A DNA stretch of 64,000 nt from Magnetococcales bacterium (GTDB taxonomy: Bacteria; Pseudomonadota; Magnetococcia; Magnetococcales; UBA8363). The stretch spans positions 1,515 to 65,514 of the forward strand of contig JADGCQ010000009.1 in assembly GCA_015228925.1 (NCBI GenBank), read 5' to 3'. The position numbers and the translations under genes are program-made. This document shows, piece after piece, positions 7,723 through 16,907 of this stretch; position 1 is the stretch's first letter, and the number at the start of each line of letters is the position of its first letter. The notes beneath the pieces were generated by a model that was not told the DNA's origin, did no database searches, and saw only the letters and a program-made list of their open reading frames with translations.

Positions 7723-8624
7723 GACATGCGGCCTGTTCCAGTTGGATCAATCTTTTTCGACGACAAAATTTTGTTTTCCTGACGGGTGATCTGGGTTTTG
7801 GGGCATTGGAGCCGTTGCGTGACGAAATGGGGCAGCATTTTATTAACGTCGGTATTGCCGAACAGAACATGGTTTCTGTGGCGGCAGGCATGGCCCGCAT
7901 GGGGATGAGTGCTTGGATTTACAGCATTGCCCCATTTTGTTACGCTCGTCCTTTTGAACAGATACGCAATGACGTCTGCTTACACGGCCTGCCTGTTAAA
8001 ATTGTTGGCAATGGTGGTGGTTATGGTTATGGCACCATGGGGTCGAGTCACCATGCGTTGGAGGATTATGGTACACTTCTGAGCTTGCCTGGCATGAGGG
8101 CGTATGTGCCTATTTTTGCTGCTGATGTTGATCCGATGGTTAAGAAAATGGCCCAAGAAAGCCATCCGGCCTACCTGCGGTTGGGGCGGTGCGAAAGGCC
8201 CAAGGAGTATGCCATTCCCCCCTATGCCCCCTGGCGACGCCTGTTAACGGGTGGTGGAACCCCTGCGTTGGTGATAGGGCCGTTGGCAGGAGGGGTGATT
8301 GAAGCCTGTTGGATTTTGCCGGAGGGGCACCGCCCAGAAATTTGGGGTCTTTGCCAGTTGCCGATGACGGCATATCCGCCACCGCAGGCTTTTATTGACC
8401 TAGTACGATTACGCCGGAAACTTGTCGTTATTGAGGAGCATGGTGTTCATGGCAGTGCTGGCCAGATGTTGGCACACACGTTTTTACAGAATAACATTTC
8501 TTTGGATAGCTTCGTACACATGCACGCCGTGGGTTACCCTTCGGCAACATATGGTTCGCAATCTTTTCATCGCAAAGAGTGTGGATTGGACAAGAACACT
8601 CTGCTGAAGATCTTAACCGGATAA
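7719..8624 (+). CDS. transketolase, C-terminal (pyrimidine-binding) subunit
   Basis: The sequence FLTGDLGFGALEP...GIAEQNMVSVAAGMA...RPFEQIRNDV is typical of TK/DXS-like central and C-terminal domains. The start overlaps the previous stop by 4 nt. Confidence 0.85.
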   Translation: MRHAACSSWINLFRRQNFVFLTGDLGFGALEPLRDEMGQHFINVGIAEQNMVSVAAGMARMGMSAWIYSIAPFCYARPFEQIRNDVCLHGLPVKIVGNGGGYGYGTMGSSHHALEDYGTLLSLPGMRAYVPIFAADVDPMVKKMAQESHPAYLRLGRCERPKEYAIPPYAPWRRLLTGGGTPALVIGPLAGGVIEACWILPEGHRPEIWGLCQLPMTAYPPPQAFIDLVRLRRKLVVIEEHGVHGSAGQMLAHTFLQNNISLDSFVHMHAVGYPSATYGSQSFHRKECGLDKNTLLKILTG

Positions 8625-8695
8625 GGGGGGTCGAAAAGTAACCATGGTTCATGTGCTATCAAGACCGTCGATACCAAAACGGGGCGTGTACTGAC

Positions 8696-9640
8696 ATGAG
8701 TATCACTGAAGCCAACCAGCGTCTGGAACTTCAGGCGACCAAGTGTATTTTTTGCGGGGATGCCCCAAATCTGGAACGTTATCCACCGAGGTTTTCTCCT
8801 GAAAAATTGTCTGCATACACCTTCAGTGCCCGTCGAAACCGGCAACGGGAGCATTATCGTATCGTCTGCTGCGCCAACTGTGGACTGGTCCGTTCGGATC
8901 CGGTCTTGAAAGAAGAGGTACAAAATCAATTTTACCGAGAAAGCGAGTTTTTGTTTTCAGAAGAAGCTCCGTTTGCTGCCAGAACCTATGCCTATCTTCT
9001 GGAGAGGCTGTTACGGCAGCATCAGGGGGATAAACCGGTCCACAGCGTCTGCGAAATTGGTTGTAGCAGTGGTTTCTTCCTGGAACAATGTATAGACTTG
9101 GGCTTTGACGACGTGATAGGCTTTGAACCAAGCATTCAATGTCGGCAACATGCCGCACCGAAGGTGCGTGACCGTATCATTACCGCTCCTTTTTCTCCAG
9201 AACATGTCGCTGGGCGACGCTTTGATCTTTTGTGTAGTTTCCATGTTTTTGATCATTTGCGAAACCCGTTACAGGTTTTGTCTGATGCGGCGACCCATCT
9301 GAATGGGGGCGGTTATGTCTTCCTGGTTTGTCACGATGTCGAAAGTCTGGGTGCCCATATGCTGGGGAGTCGTAATCCTATTTTTGACGTTGAACATATT
9401 TATCTGTTTTCAAAAAAAACCATTAGCATGATGCTGGAAAGAACGGGGTTTACCACATTGGAAGTTGGCTCGCTGACGAATACCTATCCTTTGGGGTACT
9501 GGATGAGGATGTTCCCCGGTGCGGGTGGCATTGCTCAATGGTTGCCGCGCATGTTGGCACGTTTGCCAATATCTTTGCGGGCAGGTAACCTTTATGCGTT
9601 TGGCCGTAAGGGAGGGGGGGGAGGCAATGCTGACAGATAA
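8696..9640 (+). CDS. class I SAM-dependent methyltransferase with N-terminal Cys4 zinc-ribbon-like segment
   Basis: The paired cysteines are CIFCGD...CCANCGLV, followed by SAM motif I EIGCSSGFF. The start could be 8651 or 8696. Confidence 0.7.
   Translation: MSITEANQRLELQATKCIFCGDAPNLERYPPRFSPEKLSAYTFSARRNRQREHYRIVCCANCGLVRSDPVLKEEVQNQFYRESEFLFSEEAPFAARTYAYLLERLLRQHQGDKPVHSVCEIGCSSGFFLEQCIDLGFDDVIGFEPSIQCRQHAAPKVRDRIITAPFSPEHVAGRRFDLLCSFHVFDHLRNPLQVLSDAATHLNGGGYVFLVCHDVESLGAHMLGSRNPIFDVEHIYLFSKKTISMMLERTGFTTLEVGSLTNTYPLGYWMRMFPGAGGIAQWLPRMLARLPISLRAGNLYAFGRKGGGGGNADR
9614..9621 (+). repeat. G8 homopolymer
   Basis: The sequence reads aagGGAGGGGGGGGAGGCaATG. The tract encodes the GGGGG tail of the methyltransferase and forms the SD region 6 nt before the GT2 ATG at 9627. 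Confidence 0.9.
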
Positions 9641-10682
9641 GATGATCTCAGTGGTAGTGACCTGCTACCGTGATGAAGGAAGCGTCAGGGAATTACTGCG
9701 TCGCCTTGAGACAGTAATGCAGGAGGTGACCCCCAACTGGGAGGTGATCTACGTCAACGATGCCAGTCCTGACCAAGCAGAGCAGGTGCTTTTGGAAGAG
9801 GCCCGGACCAATAAACGCCTAACGGTGATCTCCCATTCGCGCAATTTTGGAGCCCAGGTGGCGTTTACCACGGGGATGATGCAGGCCAAAGGCGACGCCG
9901 TGGTAATTATGGATGGTGATTTACAAGATCCACCGGACTTAATTCATGATTTTGTTCGTCTCTGGATAGAGAAGTATGATGTTGTCTATGGTATTCGCGC
10001 TGAACGCACGGAAGGGTGGGCGCGCAACCTTGGGTATAAAGTATTTTACAGAATATTAAAAAGGATTTCCTACCTAGATGTCCCCGTAGATGCTGGGGAA
10101 TTTTCTTTGATGGATCGTGTCGTCGTTGATGTGATCCTCCACGCTGAGGAACGGGATCGTCTGGTTCGAGGGTTGCGCGTTCATGCCGGATTCAGACAAA
10201 CGGGAGTTCCATTCAAACGTCCGGCCCGCTTTTCCGGCGAATCCACGCAAAGTCTGCTAGACTATGTCATGTGGGCGTTTAAATCTTTTACCAGCTATTC
10301 CTTGTTTCCACTGCGCCTGATTACGGTGATGTCATTTCTATTAACATTGGTGTCGTTCCTGTTTCTTCTGTACTTTCTGGCCGGTTATTTATTAGGTCTT
10401 CCAGCCCCTCCCGGTTTTATGAGTCTGATGATGATCATATTGACGTTGGGAGCCATCATCATGTTTTCCCTGGGGATGATCGGTGAATATCTGGGACGAC
10501 TTTTTTTAGAGATCAAACAACGCCCACAACCGGTGATCAGTCGATTGGTAAACGATCACCGTGACCATCCTCTGCCCTGGTTGGGGAGAGTCAACGATTT
10601 TCGTGAACAGTCACCCGACCAATCCACAGCATCTTCCCTGTTGCGGGATGGTGAGAAGCGGGATGGGCATAGTTCCGAGTAA
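9627..10682 (+). CDS. polyprenyl-phosphate glycosyltransferase (GT2; DPM1/ArnC/GtrB/CsbB-like) with C-terminal TM helices
   Basis: Motifs are ISVVVTCYRDE, YVNDASPD, and MDGDLQDPP (DxD). Two C-terminal hydrophobic helices follow (LFPLRLITVMSFLLTLVSFLFLL; MSLMMIILTLGAIIMFSLGMIGEY). I trimmed the track ORF to ATG 9627. Confidence 0.85.
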   Translation: MLTDKMISVVVTCYRDEGSVRELLRRLETVMQEVTPNWEVIYVNDASPDQAEQVLLEEARTNKRLTVISHSRNFGAQVAFTTGMMQAKGDAVVIMDGDLQDPPDLIHDFVRLWIEKYDVVYGIRAERTEGWARNLGYKVFYRILKRISYLDVPVDAGEFSLMDRVVVDVILHAEERDRLVRGLRVHAGFRQTGVPFKRPARFSGESTQSLLDYVMWAFKSFTSYSLFPLRLITVMSFLLTLVSFLFLLYFLAGYLLGLPAPPGFMSLMMIILTLGAIIMFSLGMIGEYLGRLFLEIKQRPQPVISRLVNDHRDHPLPWLGRVNDFREQSPDQSTASSLLRDGEKRDGHSSE

Positions 10683-10702
10683 GGCGAAGCGGGAGAGTTA
10701 TT

Positions 10703-11470
10703 TTGCCAGAACTGGATTTGCAAGAGCAGTTTCGTCCGCCGGACAACCTTCCACCGGGACACTTGTGGTTAGGCAGGGTGCTGTTTGCCTTGCGTCCCTG
10801 GCTGGATTTGCAGGTGGGGTCGGTTTTGCTGCCGTTGATTCCTTGGCTGCGTGGTCGCCGAGGCAAGGTGTTGGAAGTGGGTTGCGGAGCGCAACCTTAT
10901 CGGCATTTTTTATCCGATGCCAGTGTTTATCGCTGCTTGGATTGGTCCGGGGCAGAACCCTACTTCAATTATGCGACTCCCGATACGGAAAGGTATCATG
11001 GGGAGCGGTTTCCCGTTGAAGACGGTTGGGCAGAGCATGTGTTTCATACAGAAGTTTTGGAGCATGTTTGGGACATGCCTGGTTTTTTGGCAGAGTGCCG
11101 CCGGGTGATGGCGGCTGGAGGGAGTCTGTTTTTCACCATACCATTTCAGGCGCGCTACCATTACATTCCCCACGATTATTGGCGGTGTACTCCGGCGGCT
11201 TTGGAGCGCATGCTGCGTGAGGCAGGCTTTCAAGATGTCCAGATCACTTCCCGTGGGACCGATGTGACCGTGGCCATTTACAAAGTTGTCAGTGTGGTCT
11301 ATCGGCTGTTGTTGAGCAAGCAGTGGGTCAACACTGCGATTGGCATCGTTTTACTTCCGTTGTTGGTGACTGGTTTGGTGCTGGGACAGATCTCCCTTCG
11401 CAGCCGGTGGGGATCGACGGATGATACGTTGGGTTATGTGATCACTGCTTCTGTTGCCAGTAGCCAATAG
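10703..11470 (+). CDS. class I SAM-dependent methyltransferase with C-terminal membrane anchor
   Basis: SAM motif I is VLEVGCGAQPY and the acidic loop is LEHV. C-terminal hydrophobic helices are present. The start is a TTG taken from the track, so it is uncertain. Confidence 0.6.
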   Translation: MPELDLQEQFRPPDNLPPGHLWLGRVLFALRPWLDLQVGSVLLPLIPWLRGRRGKVLEVGCGAQPYRHFLSDASVYRCLDWSGAEPYFNYATPDTERYHGERFPVEDGWAEHVFHTEVLEHVWDMPGFLAECRRVMAAGGSLFFTIPFQARYHYIPHDYWRCTPAALERMLREAGFQDVQITSRGTDVTVAIYKVVSVVYRLLLSKQWVNTAIGIVLLPLLVTGLVLGQISLRSRWGSTDDTLGYVITASVASSQ

Positions 11471-11505
11471 CGTCAATTCGTTACGTTTCCCAAAGGACAT
11501 CCCCC

Positions 11506-13062
11506 ATGCCGGTACGGATCACCTTGTACGATTATGCCTACGAAACTCTGGCCATTCAGTATCTGGCATCCATACTGATGCAGGAGGGTTTTCCGGCCAG
11601 TGTCCATTACGACTTATCCATGGATATGGATTATCTGGATCAGGATTTTTTCCTGACCAAATGGCTCTCGCTAACCCCCTTGGAGGCGGCCAAAGGGATA
11701 TTGGAACACAAACCGGAGGTGGTGGGGTTTTCGCTGCTGACCCCTTTTTATGTGAAGCTACGCCGCATTATCCGTGCCGTTAAAGAATTGGCACCGGAGG
11801 TGGTTGTCGTGGCGGGTGGACCACATCCGACGCTGGTTCCGGCGGGTACATTGGAAAATCACGATATTGATTTCATTTTTGTAGGCGAAGCAGATTTTTC
11901 TCTTCCGAATTTTCTCAGACTTTTGGAAAACGAAGGACTTGAAAAAGTGAGGTCATTGCCTAAAGAGGCGATGCCAGGGGTATGGAATCGTTTTGGTGAG
12001 GAGATTAGGGATCGTGGTTACGGCCCGTTCCGGGGTAACCTAGATGAGGTACCGTTTCCAGAGAAGGACGCTTATTATTTGCGTAATCCTTCCTTGAGAC
12101 TTTTGTATACGGCAACGTGCAGTCGGGGCTGCGTATTTTCCTGTACGTATTGCAATAGCAGTACTTTGCGAAAGATTTATAAAGAGGAGTGCGGAGAACG
12201 TTATTTTCGCGTCCGTTCGGTGGGTAATGTCATTGAGGAACTGCGGCAAGCTAAAGAACGTTACCGGCCAAAGTATGTGATGTTTTTGGACAATCTGTTT
12301 GCCCCGCAAATATCATGGCTGCGGAAATTTGCCGAAGAATATCCTCGTGAAGTTGGTTTGCCATTTTTTTGCGAGACCAATCCCATGTCACACACCAGAG
12401 AAAGTTTGGAGTTAATTGCCAAAGCGGGTTGCGTGTTGTTGCAGTTTGGATTCCAGAGTGCCAATGAAGAGGTACGCCGTACCATTCTTGGTCGTCGTGA
12501 GTCCAATGATCGTATCCGGGAGCTGGTTGTGGCGGCCAGAGAATTGGGAATGTTTGTGTGTGTAGACCACATTGCCAACCTGCCTGGGGAGGTGCGGGCA
12601 CATTTGGATGAAGCTGTAGCTTTATATCAAGAAATTCGTCCTAATTGGATCAATCTTGGTTTTTTGCAATATTATCCAGAATCAGACATCATTGAAATAG
12701 CCATTTCTCGCCGTTTTATGACCCGGGAAGAGGTATTGCCTATTTTCCGCGGTGAGAGCCAAAGTTCGTTTCGTTTGTTGGCCCGTTCAGGACTTGGAGA
12801 ATTTTACCATACTTTGCCCATACGTTTGTTTGCCGCATTCAAGCTTCCGCCACGGATGGGTAATTGGGTGATTGGGTTGTTGGAACACAGACTGTTCACC
12901 CGATCCCTCTCCTGGAGTGCTTCGCTATTCATTTACGCATCCAGAATTTTTTATGCGTTCACAGACAGGAGGGATTTTCTGATACGGCACCATATTGTTC
13001 GTAACCTCTACGTCATTAAAAACTTGGCGTTAGAAAAATGGAGACTGCATGGCGGACACTGA
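11506..13062 (+). CDS. B12-binding-domain radical SAM enzyme (class B)
   Basis: The N-terminal flavodoxin-like B12 domain reads VVGFSLLTPFY...VVVVAGGPHPT. The radical SAM cluster motif is CVFSCTYC (Cx3Cx2C). 518 aa. Confidence 0.85.
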   Translation: MPVRITLYDYAYETLAIQYLASILMQEGFPASVHYDLSMDMDYLDQDFFLTKWLSLTPLEAAKGILEHKPEVVGFSLLTPFYVKLRRIIRAVKELAPEVVVVAGGPHPTLVPAGTLENHDIDFIFVGEADFSLPNFLRLLENEGLEKVRSLPKEAMPGVWNRFGEEIRDRGYGPFRGNLDEVPFPEKDAYYLRNPSLRLLYTATCSRGCVFSCTYCNSSTLRKIYKEECGERYFRVRSVGNVIEELRQAKERYRPKYVMFLDNLFAPQISWLRKFAEEYPREVGLPFFCETNPMSHTRESLELIAKAGCVLLQFGFQSANEEVRRTILGRRESNDRIRELVVAARELGMFVCVDHIANLPGEVRAHLDEAVALYQEIRPNWINLGFLQYYPESDIIEIAISRRFMTREEVLPIFRGESQSSFRLLARSGLGEFYHTLPIRLFAAFKLPPRMGNWVIGLLEHRLFTRSLSWSASLFIYASRIFYAFTDRRDFLIRHHIVRNLYVIKNLALEKWRLHGGH

Positions 13063-13723
13063 GGAGATTACACGTAATCTATTAGAGATGTATGGGCATG
13101 ATGATTGGATCATGCGCGGCAACTTTCGCATTTTTCTGGAATTGTCCGGCATAGCGAGTTTACCTCGTTCTGCGGCAATTTTGGATTTGGGTTGCGCTAT
13201 GGGGCATTTCATGCGGCTGCTACAGAACCAGGGTTTCAGTCATGTAACAGGTGTGGATGCCGCTCCCGCCATGGTGGATATTGCCCGAAAAATAACCGGT
13301 TGTACCATCCATTTGAGCGATGCCACCCTGTGTGATCAATTATTGACTCCGGGGAGTCAGGATGTCATCGTCATATCCGACCTGATTCACCACCTGGAGA
13401 AAGTGAGTGAATGGGAGAGATTGCTGATGGGGTGTCATCGACTTTTGAAACCGGGTGGTATTTTGGTGATTCGGGAACCTTGGCCTACGCTGATAGTGCG
13501 ACTGTTGCAGTTTTTTTCACAATTCCCTGTATTGTATCGAGGGGCAATGGCGGCGCGGTTACGTTCTTTTCAAGAAGAGAAAAATCTGCTTGAGCATTTT
13601 TACACCCACTGGATAACCGATTATCCGCAGCATATTGCCCGGGCCGGGTTTGCGAAAGGTCGGGATCTGGTCTGGCTGGTCCATCGGATAACGGTCTGCG
13701 TCCGTCGGGAGTCAACACCGTGA
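13049..13723 (+). CDS. class I SAM-dependent methyltransferase
   Basis: Motif I is ILDLGCAMGHF, with DVIVISDLIHHL and LKPGGILVI also present. It overlaps the upstream gene by 14 nt. Confidence 0.75.
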   Translation: MADTEEITRNLLEMYGHDDWIMRGNFRIFLELSGIASLPRSAAILDLGCAMGHFMRLLQNQGFSHVTGVDAAPAMVDIARKITGCTIHLSDATLCDQLLTPGSQDVIVISDLIHHLEKVSEWERLLMGCHRLLKPGGILVIREPWPTLIVRLLQFFSQFPVLYRGAMAARLRSFQEEKNLLEHFYTHWITDYPQHIARAGFAKGRDLVWLVHRITVCVRRESTP

Positions 13724-14184
13724 GACCGGGAATGCACCTGCTGTCGGCGGTTGGTTTGGGTGCTGTGGTATGGCACCAGACCGGGGTGGTATCGTGGGCA
13801 TTGGCCATAGCGTCAGGGGCTTTTTTGTTGGATTTGGACCATATGGTGGATTATCTGGTTCACAAAAAAGGGAGACAGATTTCTATTCAAGAATTTCTGG
13901 TGCCGGGCCAACCGTCCACTTGGCAGAGAATGGTTTTCTTTATGCACGGTTATGAGTGGATTGTGGGGTTGGGCTGGCTTGCCTGGAACTATCATCTGCC
14001 CATTCTGTCATGGATGGTTTGCGGTGCAGGTATCCATCTTCTCATGGACGAAGTGGGCAACCGATTGCCAGGCAACAGACATCGCATTTCGCCGTTCTTT
14101 TATTTTTTCTGTTTTCGTTTGAGCAAGGGATTTCAGACGAAAAAAATTTCCTATTGGGTTAACGAGGAAGGTCAAGAAGTATGA
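13720..14184 (+). CDS. small polytopic membrane protein, DUF457/YdjM-like (putative metal-dependent hydrolase fold)
   Basis: It has about 4 hydrophobic helices, with LLDLDH and IHLLMDE His/Asp motifs. Both ends overlap neighbouring genes by 4 nt. Confidence 0.45.
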   Translation: MRPGMHLLSAVGLGAVVWHQTGVVSWALAIASGAFLLDLDHMVDYLVHKKGRQISIQEFLVPGQPSTWQRMVFFMHGYEWIVGLGWLAWNYHLPILSWMVCGAGIHLLMDEVGNRLPGNRHRISPFFYFFCFRLSKGFQTKKISYWVNEEGQEV

Positions 14185-15242
14185 TTGATCTGCGAACCAT
14201 GGCTGGATTGGGCTACCAAATCGTGCGAAGCAATGTGCGCAAGGAAAGACAGCCGGTTTTTCTCAGTCTGTACATTACCAACCGGTGCAATTTAAAATGT
14301 AGCTATTGTTTCGTTGTCGATCCGCGTTTTTCCAAAGAATTTTTGCGGATGCAACTCAGTTTGGGAGAAATTAAAGAAATAGTCGATGAATTTTATGCCA
14401 TGGGCATGAGAATGATTTTCATGCTTGGTGGGGAACCTTTAGTCCATAAGGAGATTGGTCCCATTATCGAGCATATTGTCAACAAAGGGATTTATTTACA
14501 GGTTGTAACCAATGGTCAGTTGATTGAGCGGAGGTTGGAATCCTTGCGCCGGGTTCATGGTTTATGTGTCAGTTTGGACGGTTTGGATGAAGCCACGGAT
14601 GTGATTCGTGGTGCTGGTGTGTATGAGAAAGCTTTACAAGGTATTCGTGTGGCTGTGGCCAATCGTATTCCAACGCGGGTTCATGCGGTGCTAACGCGCA
14701 ATAATTTGCACCATATACGTCCTTTGGCTGAGTTGTGTCGATCTTTGAAGGTAGCGATGACCATTTCGCCACCCAATTTTCTTGGAGAGGCGGAACAGGA
14801 TTATTTAAATATCACCAGTGACGAATACCGGAAGTTTTGGAAAGGTTATCTGGACTTATACATCGAAGGTCTTCCCATAGCGAATTCACCCCTGGCCATT
14901 AAGAAATGTATGAACTGGCCTAAACATTATCACCATTATATCCGGCGGGGAGAAGAATTCCCCGGGTATAAACCCACATTTTGCATGAATGGGTATACAT
15001 ATGTTGCCGTTGGGGCCGATGCTACCATGTATAATTGTATTAATTTGGGTCCCACCCATGGTCCCAACATACGGACCGTAGGTTTGCGTAAGGCTTGGGA
15101 GCAATTGTTGGATTATCGCCCCGACTGTGTTTCCTGCTCCAGCATCAATTGTATTGAGACCTCCCTTTTACTCAAGCTGCGTTTAAGTGCTATTTGGGAA
15201 GGGATGCGTTTTCATAAGGGTATGGTGCCGAATGGCAGTTAA
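14181..15242 (+). CDS. radical SAM enzyme with C-terminal SPASM/twitch-like Cys cluster
   Basis: The cluster motif is ITNRCNLKCSYCF (Cx3Cx2C), with GGEPL also present. The C-terminal cysteines are FCMNG...YNCINLG...DCVSCSSINC. Confidence 0.85.
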   Translation: MIDLRTMAGLGYQIVRSNVRKERQPVFLSLYITNRCNLKCSYCFVVDPRFSKEFLRMQLSLGEIKEIVDEFYAMGMRMIFMLGGEPLVHKEIGPIIEHIVNKGIYLQVVTNGQLIERRLESLRRVHGLCVSLDGLDEATDVIRGAGVYEKALQGIRVAVANRIPTRVHAVLTRNNLHHIRPLAELCRSLKVAMTISPPNFLGEAEQDYLNITSDEYRKFWKGYLDLYIEGLPIANSPLAIKKCMNWPKHYHHYIRRGEEFPGYKPTFCMNGYTYVAVGADATMYNCINLGPTHGPNIRTVGLRKAWEQLLDYRPDCVSCSSINCIETSLLLKLRLSAIWEGMRFHKGMVPNGS

Positions 15243-15253
15243 TTCCAAAGTAT
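15207..15253 (+). repeat. 47-bp direct repeat, copy 1 (covers the radical-SAM stop and the GT-C start)
   Basis: The sequence cgttttcataagggtatggtgccgaatggcagttaattccaaagtat matches 16842-16888 at 44/47 positions. Confidence 0.9.
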
Positions 15254-16773
15254 ATTTACAAAAAATATCTGCGAAAATACAGGAATGGCACCTTTTCGTG
15301 GCGATATGCCTATATCATTTTATATTGGCACTTTATTATAAGGAAGTTTCGGGAGTCTCTATAGAGACTTCATGGAATCTTTGGACTATGCAACTGATCC
15401 CAAGGGATCTTCTTGAACATAAATTCCTGGAAAGCCTTTGGAATCTGCACGTGCAACCGCCCCTTTATAATGTTTTGGCAGGGATGATCCTTAAATTATC
15501 CCCTTCCAATTATTACCCAATTATGCATTATTTTAATATAGGACTTGGGACAATCGCAAGCGGAATGACATTTATTATTATTGCAACAATCACTCGAAAT
15601 CGGATATTTTCTTTTATCGTTGCTGCTCTCCTTATAAACAACCCAGCCATTTATTTATACGAAGCTTATAATTTATATGCCTTCCTTACAAGTTATTTTG
15701 TTATACAGTCTGTCTTTTTTGTAGCTTGTTTTGTCCGGGACAAAAAATCCCATAACCTTATATTATTTGTTCTTTCTCTCAATCTTTTAGCCTTGACGCG
15801 GGGCAGTTTCCATTTATTTGTCCCTTTGTCGGGTTTGTTTTTCTCATGTCTTATTGTTCCAAGGCGTGAGGTATTTCGGGTGTTTTTTTTGTCGTTATTG
15901 ATGTGCATTCCCACATTAGGCTGGTATGGGAAGAATCAGGTTAAATTTGGATTCTTTGGTACAAGCAGTTGGTTAGGTGGCAATTTTTTCAATGCTGTTC
16001 TTGGGGGATACCAATACCGGGACACACCAGAAGCGCGGAGTTATGTTGATAATCTTGTTGCCAAAGGGATCATTGATCCTATGGTAGGTCGGTATCCTAC
16101 GGCCCTGTTGAGTGTGGCAACTATTCGGGAGGAGGGGTTTAACAAACAATCGACGATTGAGGCTCTGAATAGAGAAAATTTTATGAATATCAATTATATC
16201 GATGTTTATAAAGTTTATTTACGCAGTTCCCTTAATGTAATCAGGTATGATCCGGTGCAGTGGTTAAAGATTATTTCCACATCTTATGAGAGGTATTGCC
16301 GCCCTTCAACGGTTTTCAAGCATCTTATTTATGGCCGGACGAAAAATGAACCAGGCAACGCTGCGAAAATGACGTTGCCTGTGTTCGTCTATGAAAATAT
16401 TTTCCTTGGCAAGCAATGGATGCGTCCTAGTAACCAACCGGGTGGAATCAAGATGGGATCTATTTTATTTTTTGTTTTTCCCTTGTCGTTTGTATTGTAT
16501 CTGGTGCTGCTGTTGCGGGAGGGAAATGCGTCCTGGTGTGGCATTATCGGTTACATCAGAGATAATCCTATCCTGTTTGTCATTCTAACCTTTGTACTCT
16601 ATAGCACCCTGGTCTCGTGCATGTTTGCTTACGATGAGAATGAGAGATATAAATTTGATATTGAACAAGTATTCTACGTTGGTCTTGCGGGTATCTGCTA
16701 CACGTTATGGCCTCGATCATCGTTTCGGCCACCAGGGTGCGTGATCGGATCTTCCTTCTGCTCAACAGGCTGA
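15232..16773 (+). CDS. polytopic membrane protein, GT-C fold glycosyltransferase-like (ArnT/PMT family 39/83-like)
   Basis: It has at least 10 predicted TM helices, an early periplasmic-loop motif LHVQPPLYNVL (compare the conserved xPPL of ArnT/PMT) and a large loop in the C-terminal half. ATG 15232 (MAVNSK) overlaps the upstream stop. The gene is AT-rich. Confidence 0.6.
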   Translation: MAVNSKVYLQKISAKIQEWHLFVAICLYHFILALYYKEVSGVSIETSWNLWTMQLIPRDLLEHKFLESLWNLHVQPPLYNVLAGMILKLSPSNYYPIMHYFNIGLGTIASGMTFIIIATITRNRIFSFIVAALLINNPAIYLYEAYNLYAFLTSYFVIQSVFFVACFVRDKKSHNLILFVLSLNLLALTRGSFHLFVPLSGLFFSCLIVPRREVFRVFFLSLLMCIPTLGWYGKNQVKFGFFGTSSWLGGNFFNAVLGGYQYRDTPEARSYVDNLVAKGIIDPMVGRYPTALLSVATIREEGFNKQSTIEALNRENFMNINYIDVYKVYLRSSLNVIRYDPVQWLKIISTSYERYCRPSTVFKHLIYGRTKNEPGNAAKMTLPVFVYENIFLGKQWMRPSNQPGGIKMGSILFFVFPLSFVLYLVLLLREGNASWCGIIGYIRDNPILFVILTFVLYSTLVSCMFAYDENERYKFDIEQVFYVGLAGICYTLWPRSSFRPPGCVIGSSFCSTG

Positions 16774-16841
16774 CGATGTTCATAAATTTGCGAAGGCTTC
16801 TGAATTTCTTGGTCCGGTTGGCCCAAACGATGATCAAGGCC

Positions 16842-16888
16842 CGTTTTCATAAGGGCATGGTACCGAATGGCAGTTAATTCTAAAGTAT
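16842..16888 (+). repeat. 47-bp direct repeat, copy 2 (relic of the same gene junction)
   Basis: It re-encodes ...RFHKGMVPNGS-stop and then MAVNSKVSFGGIIH-stop. The upstream frame reads LLNFLVRLAQTMIKARFHKG, against LLLKLRLSAIWEGMRFHKG in the intact gene. Confidence 0.9.
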
Positions 16889-16907
16889 CTTTTGGTGGGA
16901 TAATTCA

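Noticed and set aside
16580-16837. An 85-aa minus-strand ORF in the gap after the GT-C gene.
   Set aside because: It has a TTG start with no SD, and it overlaps the 3' end of the GT-C gene and the relic frame upstream of repeat copy 2. The region is better explained as a recombination scar.
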